Shown: piece by piece, positions 1 to 20,888 of the stretch
Numbering within the stretch: the stretch's first letter is position 1
How the letters are laid out: every line of letters begins with the position of its first letter
Origin: the human T2T-CHM13v2.0 reference genome, Homo sapiens
NCBI RefSeq assembly: GCF_009914755.1
Contig: NC_060947.1
Reading direction: 5' to 3' (one strand)
DNA length: 64,000 nucleotides
Program-made: the position numbers and the translations under genes
The notes under the pieces: model-generated
What the model saw: only the letters and a program-made list of their open reading frames with translations
Told to the model about the DNA's origin: nothing
Database searches by the model: none

Positions 1-5135
<5,135 letters not shown>

Positions 5136-6334
5136 AAAAGTTACGAAATTACAGTTTTCTGAAAATATACTATTTATAAGATGTATTATTTTTAAAATAA
5201 TTTTTGTCAAATTACACAATACCTTTTATAAAGCTCTCTGCTTAAGTCTTAAAATGTATGCCAATTTTTAGTTAATGTGGCACATCAAACATACCCTTTT
5301 TAAACACTACAATAAAGGTACATAAAAGTTTTCATTCAGAAGGATGAAGACAAGAAAGGAAGCAATAAGCCACAGGAGTTTTGAAAGTTTTACAAGATTT
5401 TAGTGGATAGAATATAACCACATGAATGGTAACTGACTCAAAGAGGTGAAAAAAAAAAAAAACTGAGACCTAAGTGCTACAAGAAAGTAAGCAGAAACAT
5501 ATGCAGCTGTTCCTTGTTGATTAACAACTCAGCTCTCTAAGAGAAGCTCTTTCCATTTATTGCCTTACCTTTAGTGTATTGAGCCAAAAACCTGTGTCTA
5601 TATAATCAAACATGTTATTACTTCAGTGCTAGAAGTGTTTTTATTGTGCATCTCAAAAATAATTTTTCTTAATCATTTGTGGAGAAGAAATTGTTAATCT
5701 ATCTTGCAGTCAAAACAACTGAAAAAACAGTTCATCTGTTGAATACCATACTGGAGCCTTTGTCCTTTAGACAAATCAGGATAGACTCCCCTCTGCAATT
5801 TTGAACTTTTGTTGTCTAGAATATTTTTTATTATTGAAAACAAAATCACAGTAAACCAGCCTGATTCAGTTCTGAGTGAAAAAGGTAGATTAAGTCTAAT
5901 TCAAGATGCCACCTATGTAATTATGCCTTTCTGGCACTGCAAAACATGAAAATCATGCGGTTTTCCAGTACATACAGTATATAGCTGGGGACCTTTCTAA
6001 TTGTCCTTGGGGAAAGCCAAGCACTACCACTTTTCTAGTAACCTCCAAGATATTGGAGGTGGAAAAGGTAGTTAAGTATGTAAATACTGGTGAAAAATAA
6101 ATTGCATGAGGGCTTAATAGAAGATTTTAAGAGCAGAAATTCTGTCACACAGATTCATGAATGCAGGCAGTATTGGTAAGGAGTCATACGAACACAGCTC
6201 ATTAAAGGAAAGATATCTGAAATATGCAAAGCAAGCTCATGACATTTGATGGCGGGATAAAAAAACTTGCCTATGTGAAAAAAAAATCTCCCTTAATTAC
6301 CTCTCCGTAGCTACTACCAAGTCACAAAGTCCCC

Positions 6335-6498
6335 CTCACTCCTCAATTGAATCTAATTTTATTTTTGCCCTTATTATTCCATTGGAACTTCTCCCGCTAA
6401 GGTCATCAGTGGCTTTGTGTCATTAATTCTAATATGCATTTTTTGATTCTTAGCTTACTTGACTTCTCAGCAGCATTTGACGCTTATGACCACCCTCA
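6335..6498 (+). mobile_element. L2 reverse-transcriptase fragment
   Basis: 'gctaaggtcatcagtgg...ttacttgacttctcagcagcatttgacgcttatgaccac' encodes LLDFSAAFDAYDH, matching the L2/CR1 RT motif LLDLSAAFDTVDH. Confidence 0.75.
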
Positions 6499-7690
6499 TT
6501 GGTCTGGACAATGATTTCTTGGTTAGAGCCCCAAAAACATAGGGAACAAAAGCAAAAATAGACAAAGGGCATTGCATCAAACTAAAAAGTACAGCAAAGG
6601 AGATAATTGAGTGAAGAAAGAGCGCATGGATTGGAAGAAAATACATGTAAACAATCTATCTATTAAAGGACTAATATTTAAAATACATGAGGAACTCAAA
6701 AACCTCAACAGCAAGGAAACAAATACCCCGATTAAAAAAATGGGTAAAGAACCTGAACAGACATTTCTCCAAAAACAACATGTGTGGCAAACAAGCATAT
6801 GAAAAAATGGTAAACATCTCTAATTATCAGGGAAATGCAAATTGAAACCACAATAAAAGAGCAACTCGCTGCTGTTAGAATGGGTGCTATCAGAAAACAA
6901 AAGTTAACAAGTGCTGGCAAGTATGTGCAAAAAAAGAGAACTCTTGCACACTGTGGGAATTAAGTTAGTACAGCCATTATAGAAAATAGTATGAAGGTTT
7001 CCCAAAAACTAAAAATAGAATGCCATATGATACAGCAATCCCATTTCTGGATATAGATCAAAGGAATTGTAAGCAGTATGTTAAAAGGATATCTGCAACT
7101 CTCATGTCTATTGCTGCATTACTCACAATACCTAAGATGTGGATTCAACCTAAGTGTCCATTGATGGATGAATGGCTAAAGTAAATGTGGTGTACCTACA
7201 CAATGGAATTCTATACAGTCTTAAAAAAGAAAGAAACCTTGTCATTTGTGACAACATGGAGGAATCAGAAGTACATTATGTTAAGTGAAATAAGACAGGC
7301 ACAGAAAGACAAATACCACAATCTCACATATATGTGGAATCTAAAATAGTGAAACTTAAGTAGAGAGTAAAATGGTAGTTACCCAAGGCTGGGAGAAGTA
7401 ATGGTAGGGAAAGGGAAGATGTTGGCCAAAGAGTACAAATTTTAAGTAAGATAGGAGGAATAAGTATTGGTGATTTATGGCACAGCATGGTGACCATAGT
7501 TCATAATAATATATTGTATATTTCAATATTTCTAAAAGTATAGATTTTAAATGTTCTTACCATGAAAATGATAAGTAGATGAAGTGATATATTACTTAGC
7601 TTGATTTAATATTTCTACAATGTATACATATATCAAAATATGACATTATATTCCATAAATATATAATTATTTTTCTACAATTAAAAAAAT
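6497..7690 (+). mobile_element. 5'-truncated L1 (L1MA5-8-like) ORF2 end plus 3'UTR
   Basis: ORF 6611-6802 (WKKIHVNNLSIKGLIFKIHEEL) is L1 ORF2-like; L1MA-type 3'UTR ending in A-rich tail at ~7690. Confidence 0.9.
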
Positions 7691-8034
7691 CATTGGGTGA
7701 TTTCAAAATTCTATTAGAAAACAAAACAAAACTTAACAGCTCTTTACTCTCTTCCAAAATAGGTCCTTCACATGTGATACTAAGTCATTCCAAAATTCTT
7801 TACACATACTCCAGCTCTCAAATAATTATTTATACGCATCTTTTCAACCTTACCGACTCAAATGTAACTTTATAATAAAAATTTCCTGAGATGAGTTCTC
7901 ATTTCTATCCTCAATTCCATGACCACCCCCCAAGTTTAAGCCAGATTACTTCACTGTGGGTCCTCAGCTTACCATAGTTATTCAGATTTTTTTCTGTTTG
8001 TGGTTAGACATCCATTAGTATGATTATTTAATTG

Positions 8035-8160
8035 GGGTTTACTAGATTATAATCTAATTAGGGAAGCAACCATACCTCTTTTGTTTACTGATGCCTAACA
8101 TAACACAGGACCTGATAGTAAAATCTTTTTTTAATAAATTTAAATAGTTGGAATAGATAA
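8035..8160 (+). mobile_element. L2 3' end fragment
   Basis: 'actagattataatc...agggaagcaacc...ttttgtttactgatgcctaacataacacaggacctg...aataaattt...gttggaatagataa' resembles the L2 3' terminus; probably the same L2 as 6335-6498. Confidence 0.55.
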
Positions 8161-8221
8161 TCTTTTTGGACTCTTCCAACTTGAGTACTTTTATATTTTA
8201 GGATGTTGAAAATTATTGTTT

Positions 8222-8349
8222 GGCTGGGCATAGTGGTATGCATTTGTAATCCCAGCTATTTGGGAGGCTAAGGCAAGAGGATTGCTTAAGACAAAGAGTT
8301 CAAATATAACCTGGGCAACATAGCAATACCCCATCTCTAAAAAGGAAAA
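8222..8349 (+). mobile_element. FLAM (free left Alu monomer)
   Basis: Single ~125 bp Alu monomer 'ggctgggcatagtgg...gagttcaaatataacctgggcaacatagcaatacccc' plus A tail. Confidence 0.85.
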
Positions 8350-9641
8350 CAATATATATGTATTGATCAGTCTATAAATATCATTCGAATTAGATACCTA
8401 TGTTAAATATTTGGAGATGATGTCTAATTCACCAAATATACCCCTAAAAAGTAACACTAGATTAATTTTTGCCTCTATTGAAAGATAATGGGTGAATTCT
8501 TCTTTAAACCATAATGCAAAAGGCTGGAAAATATTACTGCTATCCAAAAAAATGAGAAAAAGCCACATGAAGTATACAATCAGCTTTTCCTTAACCCATC
8601 AAAAAGATGAAGTTATAAAGCAATAAGTAGCTTAAAACTTTAGGAGAGACAGACATCTCCAAATAAAAAGGAGACATAAGTGTTGTGTCTCCTGTCACAG
8701 AGAATAGAATGAAGACATGCTAAGAGACATATAGGTGGCTAAAAATAATTTTTTCTAAAACTTTTAACAAATTGTCAAAGGCTGGACTAACATGAGAATA
8801 AAGAACCCATGGTATACTATAGCAATTGGTATGTCCAAGGCTCCAGTAAAAACAGTGGGCAACGTGTATGAAAAGACACAAAATTTTAGCAGAGAAATTT
8901 CAATATGACGTTTTAGATGGGAAACGGTAAGAAATAATAAGATGGACACATTATAAATAAAATATATGGTAACAAAGACAAAGAGTATACTCTCTGTAGC
9001 CTTACACTTTGTGTTCAATAGAGAGGTTAGGAACAAAGTGAAGGACCACAGAAAGACATAGTGATGTGTGTCTGGAGGACATAAGTGGTAACAATTGCAG
9101 GAAATGCATGAAGCCCCACTTAGACTCGACTCCCATGAAGAACATTAATCTTAAACTACTTGTGGAAGGCTAACAAACTCTGTCATCTCCAGTTCCAAAG
9201 TGAAGATGGAGCGTGGCAGAGTAACAATTAATGAATACTCTCTGCCTAGGAAGTAGGAGGACAAAATTATTCTAACCACAGATCATTAGAGGTCTCCTAA
9301 TCATGGGGAAAAAGCAGGGAATTTTGCAAACGTCCCACCAAAGTTACAGGTTAGAGTTTGCACTGGGATAAAGGGGCAGAATCACTGAGAAAGCCCCACT
9401 CCTGAGATGCCAGAACATGGGTCTGTCTATGAAAGATGCTTGACTAGGATAACAGAGCATTCCGCATGCTCTTTACCACTAAGCTAGCACAGGTACCCAT
9501 TGACAAGGGACAGAAGTCTACTACTAGAGGACAGGCAGCCACATAAAGAGAAAACCTCTCTGAGATAAAGGCAAATAGGGCCAGTAAAAAGCTGAGGGTG
9601 TATCCCCAAGGGCATAAAATCAAGGTAATACAAAAGATACT

Positions 9642-10004
9642 TGTATCCATCTGTTCTCAGCCTGCTAATAAAGACACATCCAAGACTGGGTAGTTTATAA
9701 AGGAAAGAGGTTTAATTTATTCACAGTTTCATATTGCTGGGGAGGCCTCACGATCATGGCAGAAGGCAAAGGGGAAGCAAGACACATCTTACATGGCAGC
9801 AGGAAAGAGAGCATGTGCAAGGAAACTCCCCTTTATAAAACCATCAGATCTCATGAGACTTATTCATTATCACGAGAACAGAATGGGAAAGACCCGCCCC
9901 CATGATTCAATTACCTCCCATTGGGTGGCTCCCACAACATGTGGGAACTGTGGGAGCTATAATTGAAGATGAGATTTGAGTGGGGACACAACCAAACCAT
10001 ATCA
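9642..10004 (-). mobile_element. THE1 solo LTR (ERVL-MaLR, THE1B/C-like)
   Basis: Reverse complement starts tgatatggtttggttgtgtccccac; TG...CA termini; 5-bp TSD atact/atatt. Confidence 0.95.
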
Positions 10005-10350
10005 ATATTTAAAATTGGATATATACTTATGGCAACCACAACCACAATAAAACCCAAACCTAGCTCAGTTCCTAATTAGATTGACTCAACCATTCCACCA
10101 TACACATGAAAAATCTCGTAGGCTATTATTAATAAAAGAAAAGGTATACTCATTTCCACAAATATATACTATTTACTGCCATAATATTGTACACAGTATG
10201 CCTACCACTCAATAAATAACAACTGTGAGACTCATTTTCAAAACAGTATTAACAATACTGTCTTGTTACAAAGTAATAAAGAAAAGATGATAGAGTGATG
10301 ATCCAGATGGTGACAATATCAGGCAGGTAATTTAATGTAACTTAGATTAG

Positions 10351-10740
10351 TGTCTTAGTCCATTGTGCTACGATAAAAATATGTAAGACTGGGTAATTTA
10401 CAAACAGCAGAAATTTATCTTTGACAGTTCTGGAGGCTAAGAAATTCAAGATCAAGGGACCAAAATCTTGGTGTCTGGTGAAGCACCTCTTCTTCCAGGA
10501 TGGTGCCTTATTGCTGCATCTTCGAGAAGTGAGGAACACTGTGTTTTTACATGGTGATAGGGACTGAAAGGGTAAAAGGACCTAAGCTAGTTCACTGTAG
10601 TCCTTTTATAAGGCACTAATCTATGTATGAGGGTGGATCCGTCATGATATAAACGTTTTCCAAAAAGAACCCACATCTCAGTACCACCACAATGGGAATA
10701 AAGCTTCAATGTGAATTTTGAATGAGGCACACATTTATTC
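10351..10740 (-). mobile_element. MST/MLT1A-type MaLR solo LTR
   Basis: 'tgtcttagtccattgtgc...agactgggtaattt...cagttctggaggctaagaaattcaagatcaagg' is typical of MSTC/D or MLT1A. Confidence 0.85.
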
Positions 10741-11020
10741 TTTTCTTTCTCAGGGACTCACTAGAAAAGGGCAACATATTTAAACCATAGCAATTAGTAT
10801 GTTCAAAGCTCTAGTAAAAACGGTGGGCAACATGTATGAAAAGATAGAAAATTTTAGCAGAGAAATTTCAATATGGCGTTTTAGATGGGAATCACTAAGA
10901 AATAATAAGATGGACACATTATAAATAAGGTATATGGTAACAATATAACAAAGAATGTCATCAATGGGCTCCTCAGTATACTTGAAAAGTAAAAAAGAAT
11001 CCACAAATTTGAGTACTGGT

Positions 11021-11562
11021 TGTATTAGGGTTCTCTAGAGGGACAGAACTAATAGGATAGATGTATATATAACAGGAAGTTTATTGAGGAGTATTGGCTC
11101 ACATGATAACAAGGCAAAGTTCCACAATAGGCCATCTGCAAGCTGAGGAGCAAGGAAGCCAGTCCAAGTCCCAAAACCTCAAAAGTAGGGAAGGTGACAG
11201 TGCAGCCTTCAGTCCATTGCTGAAGGCCTGAGAGCCCCTGATAAACCATTAGTGTAAGTCCAAGTATCCAAAAACTGAACTTGGAGTCTGACCTTCGAGG
11301 GCAGGAAGCATCCAGAACGGGAGAAAGATGAAGACTAAAAGCCTCAGCAAGTCTGCTCATTATACTTCCTTCTGCCTGCTTGATTCTAGCTGAGCTGGCA
11401 GCTGATTAGATGGTGCCCACCCAGATTGAGGATGGGTCTGCCTGTCCCAGTCCACTGACTCAAATGTTAAGCTCCTTTGGCAACATCTTCACAGACACAC
11501 CCAGCAACAACACTTTGCATCCTTCAATCCGAACAAGTTGACACTCAATATTAACTATCACA
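11021..11562 (-). mobile_element. MLT2A solo LTR (ERV-L)
   Basis: 'tgtattagggttctctagagggacagaactaatagg...acactcaatattaactatcaca'; perfect 5-bp TSD CTGGT (11016-11020, 11563-11567). Confidence 0.95.
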
Positions 11563-12199
11563 CTGGTCGATAGAAATAACCATCATTGAAATATAAAGAG
11601 AGAACAAAGCATCCAAGAACTGCAGAACAATTGCAAGTATTTTAACACATATAATTGGAATTCATGAGTAGAAGTGAGAGCTTGGGCTGAAATAAATATT
11701 CAAAAATATACCGGCCAAGCTTTTTCCAAAATTAGTGACAATATTTAATGCTCAGCTCTAAAAAGCTCAGAAATACCTTAAGTAGGTAATTAATAATCTA
11801 ATGAAAAATATTAGCAACATTTAGTGAGTTCATGGCCTATATAAAAATAAAACTTAAGGCAATAATAGCACAAAATATGAAAGAGAAAAATTGGAAGTAT
11901 ACTATTATAAGATTCATATACTTTATTTAAAGCAGTATAATATGTTTTGAAAGTAGACTTAATTAATTGAAGATGCATATTATAAACATCACAATAACTC
12001 CTTAAAAATAAAATGGTAGTATAAATAACGAACCACTATTATTCTCACAAAACAGAATAATAAAAACAATTAATCCAAAAGGACACAGAAAAACTGGGTA
12101 AAATAAATATAGAACCAATGAAATGAAGAGAAAACGATTAGTATCCTGTAACTTAATGCCAACCATATCAATAATGACATTAATTGTGAAAGTCTAAAT

Positions 12200-12423
12200 C
12201 AGGCACCGGCAAACTACATCCCAACAAGATGAATCTGCCTTGCCATCTATTATTGTAAATAAAGTTTGATTGGAACACATTCATAACCATATTTTTACCT
12301 ATTTCTGTGGCTGCTTCCATGTAACAACAGCAGCGCTGGGTACTTGAGAAAGAGACCGTAAGGCCTGCAAAGTGTAAATTATTTACTCTCTGTTCTTTTA
12401 TGGAAAACATTTATCAAATTGTG
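12200..12423 (+). mobile_element. MER58A (hAT-Charlie MITE)
   Basis: 224 bp; 'caggcaccggcaaactac...tgtaaataaagtttgattggaacaca...gagaccgtaaggcctgcaaag'; degenerate 8-bp TSD gtctaaat/gtcaaaac. Confidence 0.88.
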
Positions 12424-12929
12424 GTCAAAACACATCAATTAAAAATATTGGTAGGCTGAAATGTTTTTAGAAAAAGACCCAATTATAACCTGTCATAAAT
12501 TTATTTGATATAGTTGCTGCTTCACCATGCAATTTTAGGCCTAAATAATGATATGAAACCCACTTACCCAACCAACTTCGGCCTAGTTAAAACTTCCCAT
12601 CTCTATGTGGTTGTTTGTGATTACTTTCCCATCATTGAAGAAAGACATAATATTAATATCAACTCTACAAAAAAATACTCTCCATCAAAACAGAAGGAAA
12701 GAAAAAGTTTTGCAACTAATAACATGGGCCCAACATTACCCTTATAGCAAAGCCAAAGACATTAAAATAAAAGAACATTACAAATAAATATCTTTCATGA
12801 ACATGGATGCTTAAAAATATATAATTAAATCAAATTCAATAATGTATAAAAAATAATAGCTCAAGAGCAAGTGAGTTTTACACCTGGAATGAAAGGCTAG
12901 TTCAAGTTTCAAAGATCACACAATTCAGA

Positions 12930-16636
<3,707 letters not shown>

Positions 16637-16637
<1 letters not shown>

Positions 16638-17752
16638 TCAATGAATACAAATCACATATAAACAAATCAAACATATAAAACCATGTCATCAACACAATTG
16701 TTTTAGAGAAATCATTTATTTGATAAGAGTTCAATATTCATTGGTGGTAAAATCTGAGCAAACAAGATAGAAGGAAACATGTTAAGATTATAAAGAATAT
16801 CTACAAAAACATGCAACTGACATCACACTAAATGGCCAAAGATGGAATGCTTATTCACTATGGTTATAAGCAATACAAGGATGACCATTTGCACCACTCC
16901 AACGTTACACCGGAAGTCCTATCTAGTTCAATAAGTCTAAATACATACATACATACATATATACATACATATGTACATACATACAAACAAGCCATCCAGA
17001 CAGAAATGGCAAAAATAAAACTGCCTTATAAGAGTTATCAGAACTAATACGTATCTTTAGCCAGGTTTCATGATACGTGGTCAGTATATACAAATCTATT
17101 GTATTTTTGTACTATAATAAAACCAGAAATTAAAAATTTTAGAAAGTACTCTTAAACTAACACCAAAAAATAAAAACAAAATACTTAAGTACAAGTTTAA
17201 CAAAAGATGTACACATATTTTATGGTGAAATCTATAAAACAAAAACAAAAACAAAATACATAAATTAAGAGCTGTATCATGTTCATAGAAAGAAAAACTG
17301 AGTATTACTAAGATATCAATTCTTCCTAAAGTGATTAGTAGATTCTATGAAATCACAAACAAATTCCCAGTAGCATATTTTTTAAAGTTAAAATCAAATT
17401 GGATTCAAAAGTCATATGGAAGGGTAGAAGAAGCAGAATGGCCAAAATATTTTTTTTAAAATGAAAAGAAAGTTTGAGGGCTCCTACTACTTGATTTAAG
17501 ACAATATAAAGCTACTTTTATTAAGACAATGTGGTATTGACAAAAGAATTGACACATATATCAATAAAACAGAATATAAAGTCAAGGAATAAACCCATGC
17601 ATAGATGTATTGCTAAAGATTCACAGGCAATTAATGAATAAAAAGTTTAGTATATACAACAAAAAGTGCTGGAACAATTTTATATCATATGTTTTCAAAA
17701 AAAAGGGTCAACCCATGCCTCCTACTATCTCCAAAAGTTACCTTAAATGAGT
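16637..17752 (+). mobile_element. Old L1 ORF2 fragment (continuation of host L1)
   Basis: 'taagcaatacaaggatgacc', 'aagacaatgtggtattgacaaaagaattgacacata', 'aaagtgctggaacaatt' are L1 ORF2 landmarks. Confidence 0.8.
16941..16986 (+). repeat. (TACA)n microsatellite
   Basis: atacatacatacatacatatatacatacat... Confidence 0.9.
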
Positions 17753-17754
17753 AC

Positions 17755-18715
17755 TATCATTATTTATTGAAGAGTCTATCCTTTCCCTATTGAATGTTCT
17801 TGGTGGCTTTATCAAAAATCAGTTGCTTATAGATATGTGGATTAATTTATGGGCTCTCTATTATGTTCTAATGGTCTATGAGTCTGGTTTTTATGCCAGT
17901 ACCATACTGTTTTGGTTACTATAGCTTTGTAGCATATTTTGAAGTCTGATAGTGTGATACTCCTGCTTTGTTGCTTTTGTTCACGTTGCTTTGGTTTTTC
18001 AGGGTCTTTTGTGGTCCAGCAGCAATTTTAGGATTTTTTTTTTTTTTAACTATTTCTGGGAAGAACATCATTGGTATTTTGGTAGGTATTGCATTGAATC
18101 CATAGATTGTTTTGGGTAGGGGTAGTATGGTTATTTTAATCATATTGATACTTCTGTTCCATGAGCTTGGGATGTATTTTTATTTGTTTTTATCCCCTTC
18201 AATTTCTTTCATCAGTGTTTTATAATTTTCCTTGTAAAGACCTTTCACCTCCTTGGTTAAATTTATTCTTAGGGTTTTTTTGCAGCTATTATAAATGGAA
18301 TTGCTTTATTGATTTGTTTTCAGCTGGATGATTATTTATGTATAGAAATGCTGCTAATTTTTGTATGCTTATTTTGTATCCTACAAGTTTGCTAAATTTG
18401 TTTATAAGTTCTAAGACTTGTTTTGGTAAAGTTGTTGGGTTTTTTAATATATAAGATCAAACTATCTGCAAACAGGGAATATTTGTCTTCTTACTTTCTG
18501 ATTTGGATGCTCTTTATTTCTTTCTCTTGTCTAAATTGCCAGGACTTCCAGTGCTATGTTGAATAAGAGTGGCGATAGTAGGTATCTTTGTCTTGTTCCA
18601 GTTCTTAAACAAAAAGCTTTTAGCTTTTCTCCATTTAATACAATGTTAGCTGTGAATTTGTCATGTGTAGCCTTTATTGTTTTGAGATACTTTCTTTCCA
18701 TTACTAATTCATTGA
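17755..18715 (-). mobile_element. L1MA-type ORF2 (RT to C-terminal) internal fragment, antisense
   Basis: ORF 17919-18143 ([27 protein letters not shown]) is L1 ORF2-like. Confidence 0.9.
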
Positions 18716-19313
18716 GAAACTCTCAATTAAATGACACTGAATTAAATAACATTGCAATAGTGTTATAAACTCATTGAAATGACTAAAGCAAAGCATAACA
18801 AAACAACAAGAAAAAAATTGAATATAAACTTGTAAGGACATGGAGCAACTGAAACATTCTAACTTTCCTGGTGGAAAAGTTAGATTCACCTATGTGAATA
18901 TAATTTCACAAGTGGTTCACTTGGGCAAATACCCAGTTATTTGGACAATTCATATAAGTGAATACTTATGTCCATACAAAAACCTGTATATGAATACTTA
19001 GAGCAGCTTTATTCGTAACCACCCCAAAGTGGAAACAACTGAAATTGTTTCAACTGGGGAATGTATAAACAAACAGGGGTAACTTTACATGATGGAATGA
19101 TACTCAGTAATAAAAAGAAAAAAAATAATTATACATATAACATGATACCTCTCAAACTCCTTAATAAGAGTAAAAAATTAGGACTTAAAAGGCAACATGC
19201 TATATGATATTATTATAATATTTTTTAAAAGGCAAAATATAGAAATGGAGAGCAGATCTGTGGTTTTCAGAGGCAGGTGGGGGAAGTGGAGGGTAGCAGG
19301 ATGAGTTGACTAC

Positions 19314-20577
19314 TGTAGGAGCTATAGGAAAACTTCCCCTTCACTCTCTGATATTTCATTAAAAAATCAGCTGTGTGAAGGCAGATTAATTGGAGAAAAG
19401 CAATATAAATGTATTAATGTATACATGGGGGAGAATTACAGAGTGTTACCCCAACACCCCAGTGGAATGCGGAAGTAAGGTTACAGATAGAATGAGGGCT
19501 CAGAGAGTAGTAGGCAGATAGTTAGACATGAGCAGGAAAGGGAGCCCCTGGGAGAGAAAGCTCTGGAAAATCTCATGCCCTAGAGACCACCTGAAACATG
19601 CGTGCTAAATATAAGCAGAGGGGAGGGACAATACCTATGTGGAAAGGAATGCCCAGAAACATCTCTTAAGACACTCTGTAATCACTTATTCTGTGGCTTA
19701 ATTGTCATAATGTAGCTATCTCCATGCTGATAAGTGGGAGAAAAGGGACATTCCTAAGAAATATGTAAGTACAATAAGTGCAGATTTGACCATTGTATGA
19801 TCTTCCTGAGGAGGCAGTAATGAGAGTGCTGCCATTGGGTAGGATTTGTATTGATCTCAGGGCCCTTTGAATGTGCATTAACTGACAGTAAGGGAGAATC
19901 TCACAAACCTGGGCAGGGACTAGGTGGGGACAAAGCAGAGACTGAAGACAGAAGTGGGAAGCTAGATGAAGACAAAGGTGGAGACTTAAGATAGAGGAAG
20001 GAGCTTAAAGAAAAGTCCAACATAACAAAAACTGCAACACAGAACTCTCAGGGCTGTTTCCAGCCCATCCAGCCATCTACTCTCTTGGAGGCTACTTAAT
20101 TTTCCTTCAATAAACTCTGCTGACTTTGCTAAATTGTCTTTTGGCTGAATTCTTTCTTCCAAGAAGCCAGGAACTGAGGACTACACACTTTCCAGTAACA
20201 TGATCATGGCCAAAACCAGGTTATGGTGGAAAATTTGGCTATAGTGGCAAGACAGGATATGGGAGGGAGAAAGGAGAAAGCTTGTTTATTAAAGGTGGTC
20301 TTGTTCTGGAAATGAAACCTCACAGGTAGCAGCCCACAGAGAGAATAATGGTAAATGTTTCTTTCAGAACTTTAAAGGTGTCAGGTTCTCAGTTAATCTT
20401 TCCTAGACCTGGATGAGGAAATGCCTCAGAGAAAGCCTGGCTACATCAATGCAGATGCAAATTTTCCCCCACAAGACAGCTTTGCAGGGCTACTTGGGTT
20501 TGCTGGCTTTCTAAAGAGCCATATCAGAATATGTCAAAAAATATGATTTTAGAATAAAATATTCTGATTTTCTTCAC
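19314..20577 (-). mobile_element. ERV1 MER4-group solo LTR (MER34/MER39-like), outer element
   Basis: TG...CA termini; reverse complement starts tgaagaaaatcagaatattttattc; 4-bp TSD ctac/ctgc. Exact family unsure. Confidence 0.7.
19507..20200 (+). mobile_element. ERV1 LTR (MER50/MER73-like) nested inside the outer LTR
   Basis: 'taggcagatagttagacatgagcagg' start; AATAAA at ~20109; ends 'gaactgaggac...ttccagtaaca'. Exact family unsure. Confidence 0.7.
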
Positions 20578-20888
20578 TGCAAAGGGACAACATGGACTTG
20601 TTCACCTCAGTAAAATTATTCTATATCATAAAATTATTCTATATCCTAACTTTGTTTGTGGTTACACAATTATATGCATTTTTCAAATTCATAGAATTAT
20701 ATGCTATATATTTGTTGAGACATACTTTTACTCAACATAAACTATGTCTCAACAAATAAGGCAGAAAAAAGAAATTAGACCCTTATCTTCATCATACACT
20801 AAAATTAACTCCAAATGGGTTAAATACTTAAATGTAAGACCCAAAACTAATAATAATGTTTCTGCATGTGGATGTCTAGTTTTCCCAA

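Larger units (their letters stand above)
8480..12925 (+). mobile_element. Very old L1 (L1MC/MD/ME-type) 5' region, ORF1 and ORF2 fragments, interrupted by THE1, MST, MLT2A and MER58A
   Basis: A-rich sense strand; ORF1-like pieces at 10784-11020 and 11563-11790; ORF2-like 'ctttcatgaacatggatgc...gagcaagtgagttttacacctggaatgaaaggctagttcaa' at 12790-12905. Left boundary uncertain. Confidence 0.6.
18720..20750 (+). mobile_element. L1MC/MD-type 3' end, split by nested LTRs at 19314-20577
   Basis: 'aaggacatggagcaactgaaacattc', 'gagcagctttattcgtaacc', 'aaatggagagcagatctgtgg'; resumes 'ctgcaaagggacaacatgg' at 20578. Confidence 0.75.
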
